31,321 nucleotides of DNA from a virus (Duplodnaviria > Caudoviricetes). The first letter of the stretch is position 1. Every line of letters starts with the position of its first letter. The DNA lies in the IMG/VR virus record IMGVR_UViG_3300027852_000128, positions 1 to 31,321 of that record. One strand, given 5' to 3'. Shown here in pieces: positions 27,754 through 31,321 of the stretch. The notes beneath the pieces are model-generated. The model saw only the letters and a program-made list of their open reading frames with translations. It ran no database searches and was not told the origin of the DNA. The position numbers were made by a program, and so were the translations under genes.

Positions 27754-28176
27754 GGTTTCACACCAGTTCTTGCGCTCGCTTTTGCCGTCATAAAATACTG
27801 CATGACCACGGTCAATCATCATGTCACCAACGTTTGCACCGTTCACAGTAACCACAGCGACAACACGTCCTGCATATTTACCGTAACGAACATTTTTTAT
27901 TTCAACATTGCCTGTCAACAGGTCTTCAAGTGCTTCCTTTGCAGCATAAGCTTTGACTTTTTCGTCAACACATTTCGTTCTGATTTCAGGTGTGTCAATT
28001 TCATTAATGCGAACTTTTATAGTAACAGTTTGGCCTAACCAAATTCTGACAATTGCTGTTAGCGTGTCACCATCATAGACACTGTGCACGATCACTTTAT
28101 ATGGACCGGGTAAAACTTCAGCAGCCTGTGTGACTGAACTGACCATCAAGAATAATGCAACTAGTAGATACTTCAT
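27745..28176 (-). CDS. Staphylococcal nuclease (thermonuclease) homologue with N-terminal signal peptide
   Basis: VYDGDT, VRINEIDTPE, KYAGR, GHA motifs; MKYLLVALFLMVSSVTQA signal-peptide-like leader. Confidence 0.9.
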   Translation of the reverse strand: MKYLLVALFLMVSSVTQAAEVLPGPYKVIVHSVYDGDTLTAIVRIWLGQTVTIKVRINEIDTPEIRTKCVDEKVKAYAAKEALEDLLTGNVEIKNVRYGKYAGRVVAVVTVNGANVGDMMIDRGHAVFYDGKSERKNWCETLD

Positions 28177-30218
28177 TTTAAATCCTTTACAATATCTATA
28201 AGTTTTCGAGCTTCAGCTATATAGTACGCATGGTTTAAATTGGCTGGTGTCATATATCGAATATCATTGCAGATTTCGACTTTCCAGCCAACGTCAATAC
28301 CTGTACGCCTTGTCTGATTTACGCTTCTGTTTTTGGTGTGAATTAATTCATTGTGAACATATGGGTCATGTTGGAAATATTGTTCATCAGTCACACCGTT
28401 TGCTTTCTTAAATGTGCCTACAACATGCGGTGATGTTGGTGGTGCGAGCTTCACCAATTCAACACCGTTGTGTGCAATGAAATATCTAGTTATACGTTGC
28501 TGATCAGTAACAACACCATCACTGTCAATTGCAATAAGTTGATTTGCATTTGGAACCTTGGTTCTAAGCATGAAATCCATAATATCACGTTCAGGCGATG
28601 TGATGAAATGATGTAAGTCTTCACCTCGTAATAAAACGGCTTCAGCAGCTTTTGCAACAACAAGTGCACTTGTGTTCTGGTGCCACCCTAAAGGCTTTCT
28701 GTCACCCGGTGCTGCAGTCTCATAGTCACCTTTGCGTTTGATATCCCCATTAATATAAACACCTAGGTAATTATTGACATCACGTATTACCATACGTTCA
28801 TAAATTTCATCTTCAAGTGTCAGGCGTGTCATCTGTTCCCATTGATCACGAACATAATCAACCATGTGAACCTTGTCACGATCCACACGAATGGTCACAC
28901 CATCTGTGTTTGCCTGAATTACTTGTGTGTTTGGGATTGCAAGAAGTTGTTCTGCTAACATGCACAGGAGCAGCTGACCATTCATTGTGACTGCCATGGT
29001 ATAGGCTGGATCAAAGAAGCAACTGTATGCGTTGTTACTGTCGCCATAGACACCATTCAATGCAAGCTTCAACATTCCATTTTCAACAGTTTTCTTGTCA
29101 TAGGTTTGACGCTGGTCAAAAACGTCTTTGTAGATCGTGCAGAATAGATCACCAAGGTGTTCAGGAAACAGACGGTTTTCAATAGCCAGTGTTGGGTAAT
29201 AGCTGGTTACATCAAGATCAATCAACACACGCTGGCTGTCACTGACCACGGTCCCACTTTCAATACTGGCGTGCAAACCACCTGTACCAAATTTATACTT
29301 CACCCCGTCCACATAACAGTGCACATCTTTGAAGACACCTTTGGTGTTCACGCCCATGGTCAAGGTGTCTTTCAAGTCTTTAGATGTCAGGGTCTGACTT
29401 TTCATCCATTGAAGAATTCGATTAAATTCAGGGTTGTTGAACTGCACATATGGAAAAATCACATCGTTCAGTTTTACACCTTCAACCCGGCTGGTCTGTC
29501 GTGGTTTCTTTTTATTGTGATTGTCACGATAGAAACAGGAGTCACGATTGTTTTCTTCAAGTCTCATAATGAAATAATCTTTACCGATTTTAGTATCATT
29601 ATGGTTCATGAAGTTTCTATTGTATTTTGCAGACAGTTCACGGCGCGTTTCGATTTGCTGATAACTGTGTCTATGGAACCTTAACGTTTCTGATACATCA
29701 TGTCTGTTATACCCTATGATTTCAGGTATCTGTTCACGTGTTACCCATGTATTAAATTCAATTGGTGCTTCTTGGATGCTGAAAGAACGCATATTGAATT
29801 CAAGCATTTTCAATGAAGTGGATTTAGCCATGTTGTCAAAGTGGTGGATTTTAAACAAATCAATCTGTGGTACAATTCTTTGATTGTCCCAAATCGTAAT
29901 ACCAAAGCGGTCTTTGCAATTGATAATTGACATTGATTTTTCATAAATAGCAGCAGCCACTTGTGCACCTGTCAGGTGTGACCATTGCTGATAGTTTAAA
30001 AGAATGTAATGGAGCACAACATAGTCATAACCAAGGTTGTTGAAGCCCACCATTGAACAGCGGCTGTCACGCAATGCAAGCAGATAGTCCACCAATAATA
30101 TCAAATCATTTTTATATTCAGATATTTCAAATTCCCACTGATGACCAGCTTCATCACTTTCACTGCACATGGTGAATAGGTTGGGGTAACTTTCAATATC
30201 GTAATCGTGATTTTCCAT
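28173..30218 (-). CDS. Family B DNA polymerase with 3'-5' exonuclease
   Basis: Exo I DIE, Exo II GFNNLGYD, Exo III YNRHDV; polymerase motifs DVTSYYP, KLALNGVYG, NTDG. Confidence 0.93.
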   Translation of the reverse strand: MENHDYDIESYPNLFTMCSESDEAGHQWEFEISEYKNDLILLVDYLLALRDSRCSMVGFNNLGYDYVVLHYILLNYQQWSHLTGAQVAAAIYEKSMSIINCKDRFGITIWDNQRIVPQIDLFKIHHFDNMAKSTSLKMLEFNMRSFSIQEAPIEFNTWVTREQIPEIIGYNRHDVSETLRFHRHSYQQIETRRELSAKYNRNFMNHNDTKIGKDYFIMRLEENNRDSCFYRDNHNKKKPRQTSRVEGVKLNDVIFPYVQFNNPEFNRILQWMKSQTLTSKDLKDTLTMGVNTKGVFKDVHCYVDGVKYKFGTGGLHASIESGTVVSDSQRVLIDLDVTSYYPTLAIENRLFPEHLGDLFCTIYKDVFDQRQTYDKKTVENGMLKLALNGVYGDSNNAYSCFFDPAYTMAVTMNGQLLLCMLAEQLLAIPNTQVIQANTDGVTIRVDRDKVHMVDYVRDQWEQMTRLTLEDEIYERMVIRDVNNYLGVYINGDIKRKGDYETAAPGDRKPLGWHQNTSALVVAKAAEAVLLRGEDLHHFITSPERDIMDFMLRTKVPNANQLIAIDSDGVVTDQQRITRYFIAHNGVELVKLAPPTSPHVVGTFKKANGVTDEQYFQHDPYVHNELIHTKNRSVNQTRRTGIDVGWKVEICNDIRYMTPANLNHAYYIAEARKLIDIVKDLK

Positions 30219-30240
30219 TGTCGGTGGACTTTCTATTTAT

Positions 30241-30495
30241 TTAACGTTTTGGCCCGGGTTGATCACATCCCGGTGTATCGCCATTGTCTAATTCGATTGT
30301 TGGAACATTCAGAATGATGGTGCAGCGTTGTTCATCAAACCATTCCCCTTCACGGCGCTTACCATCTTTGTCAACTTTAGGGACCAACAGCAGTTGGTTA
30401 CATCCCGAAATATACTGAATATAACCAACGATTACCCCATTGAATCCAGTGATGTTATCAGTTGCGGTTTTACCCATGTGCTCATGTTGCTTCAT
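30241..30495 (-). CDS. Hypothetical protein, 84 aa
   Basis: Clean ORF with strong RBS (AGAAAGAGAG); D.ITGF.G, GC.Q..L.P, WFDE.R pattern. Confidence 0.8.
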   Translation of the reverse strand: MKQHEHMGKTATDNITGFNGVIVGYIQYISGCNQLLLVPKVDKDGKRREGEWFDEQRCTIILNVPTIELDNGDTPGCDQPGPKR

Positions 30496-30513
30496 TTCAA
30501 ATACTCTCTTTCT
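30493..30513 (-). repeat. 21-nt exact direct repeat, copy 1 (AGAAAGAGAGTATTTGAAATG), covering RBS and start codon
   Basis: Identical to 30895-30915. Confidence 0.9.
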
Positions 30514-30516
30514 GTG

Positions 30517-30897
30517 TTAATCGTTTGTTTCAATAACCGTGGTTAATCCAAACTTGTCTGATGATGCTTTGAACTTGTCACGTACCACTTCTTCAAGGTT
30601 TACATCATAATCCATAGCCAGCAAATCAAGACAGATAAGCACATCAGCAATTTCATTTTCCAAATCTTTACGGTCCACATTGCTTGGGAACATTCCCATT
30701 GTGTGACGTTCAAATTTTTTGACAATGTTACCAAGTTCACCAACTTCACCTGTCAGTTCCAATGCACGAAACAATGCAGATATGACAGGATAAACCCCGG
30801 TTTCGTTTTGTGTCTTTGTGCAAAATTCATCATTGCGTTTGATATTTGCTTCACGCAGTAATTTTAAAAACTGTTCGTCATAACTAGGATAACCCAT
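30517..30897 (-). CDS. mazG: MazG-like nucleotide pyrophosphohydrolase
   Basis: L.GEVGEL...VKK ... ENEIADVL (EXXE/EXXD all-alpha NTP pyrophosphatase motif). Confidence 0.85.
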   Translation of the reverse strand: MGYPSYDEQFLKLLREANIKRNDEFCTKTQNETGVYPVISALFRALELTGEVGELGNIVKKFERHTMGMFPSNVDRKDLENEIADVLICLDLLAMDYDVNLEEVVRDKFKASSDKFGLTTVIETND

Positions 30898-30915
30898 TTC
30901 AAATACTCTCTTTCT
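30895..30915 (-). repeat. 21-nt exact direct repeat, copy 2, covering RBS and start codon of the mazG-like gene
   Basis: Identical to 30493-30513. Confidence 0.9.
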
Positions 30916-30969
30916 AATAAGGTATGCAGTCGTTTAATTCGTGGTCATAATCACAGGTTGCACACCTAC

Positions 30970-31320
30970 CTACGATGGACCATTTGCAAAAGTTGACGGT
31001 GCCAACATTCCAGCTTCAATCATTGCTTGATCAGTCCAGCCAGCAGTAATCATCGCGTCATAGGTCGCCCCATTAGCTGCAGGTAGCATCTGTTTAACAG
31101 CAGCTGGTGCTGGTGCTGGTGCTGGTGCAGGTACTGGTGCTGGTGCTGGTGCTGGTGCTGGTGCTGGTGCTGGTGCTGGTGCAGGTACTGGTGCTGGTGC
31201 AGGTACTGGTGCTGGTGCAGCGGGTGCAGGTACTGGTGCTGGTGCTGGTGCTGGTGCTGGTGCTGGTGCTGCTGGTGCAGGTACTGGTGCTATCGGTTGT
31301 GCAGGTTGTCCAGCAAATTG
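30970..31320 (-). CDS. C-terminal part of a probable ssDNA-binding protein with a long Pro-Ala linker (5' end outside the window)
   Basis: Reads QFAGQPAQPI-(PA/PV repeat)-AVKQMLPAANGATYDAMITAGWTDQAMIEAGMLAPSTFANGPS-stop; the SSB call is inferred from the tail motif and replication-operon context. Confidence 0.55.
   Translation of the reverse strand, partial: QFAGQPAQPIAPVPAPAAPAPAPAPAPAPVPAPAAPAPVPAPAPVPAPAPAPAPAPAPAPAPVPAPAPAPAPAAVKQMLPAANGATYDAMITAGWTDQAMIEAGMLAPSTFANGPS
31103..31291. repeat. Coding hexamer tandem repeat (GGTGCT)n with GCAGGTACT variants
   Basis: About 190 nt of GCACCA units on the minus strand encoding Ala-Pro. Confidence 0.95.
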
Positions 31321-31321
31321 A

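Noticed and set aside
29157-29684. 175-aa + strand ORF antisense to the polymerase
   Set aside because: Shadow ORF: no RBS, no recognisable motifs, fully inside a well-supported gene
701-30218. Inteins, introns or stop-codon reassignment in terL, portal or polymerase
   Set aside because: Protein lengths are normal, motifs are contiguous and genes tile tightly under the standard code
31103-31291. Tandem repeat considered as a CRISPR array or origin iterons
   Set aside because: No spacers; it is an in-frame Pro-Ala coding repeat

Overview
This window is a 31.3-kb segment of a tailed dsDNA phage with myovirus morphogenesis genes; no tRNA, rRNA, CRISPR array or integrase is visible. The + strand (115-27753) is one compact, mostly translationally coupled late operon. 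It begins with a lambda-like head module: TerS, GpA-type TerL, gpW-like adaptor, lambda-type portal, S49 protease with a nested scaffold, decoration protein and gpE-type capsid. A Mu-like contractile tail and baseplate follows: sheath, tube, chaperone with a -1 frameshift, TP901-type tape measure, and gpN/44/45/46/47/48-like proteins. Next come a tail fibre with its chaperone, a small basic-peptide plus 4-TM protein insert, a 1660-aa mosaic fibre, and a lysis-like cluster (holin-like, DUF5675-like, YiiX-like permuted papain enzyme; no obvious spanin). The - strand (27745 to the end) is the distal end of a convergent replication operon: partial SSB-like protein with a long Pro-Ala linker, MazG-like pyrophosphatase, small hypothetical, family-B DNA polymerase, and a signal-peptide-bearing staphylococcal-type nuclease. 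The most notable signals are (i) an unannotated 51-aa peptide coupled to a membrane protein with a degenerate permuted-papain-like domain, (ii) strong strand-symmetric depletion of GAG/CTC, (iii) apparent total absence of CCWGG, and (iv) a secreted nuclease coupled to the polymerase. Family assignments come from motif recognition and synteny by eye, not database searches.
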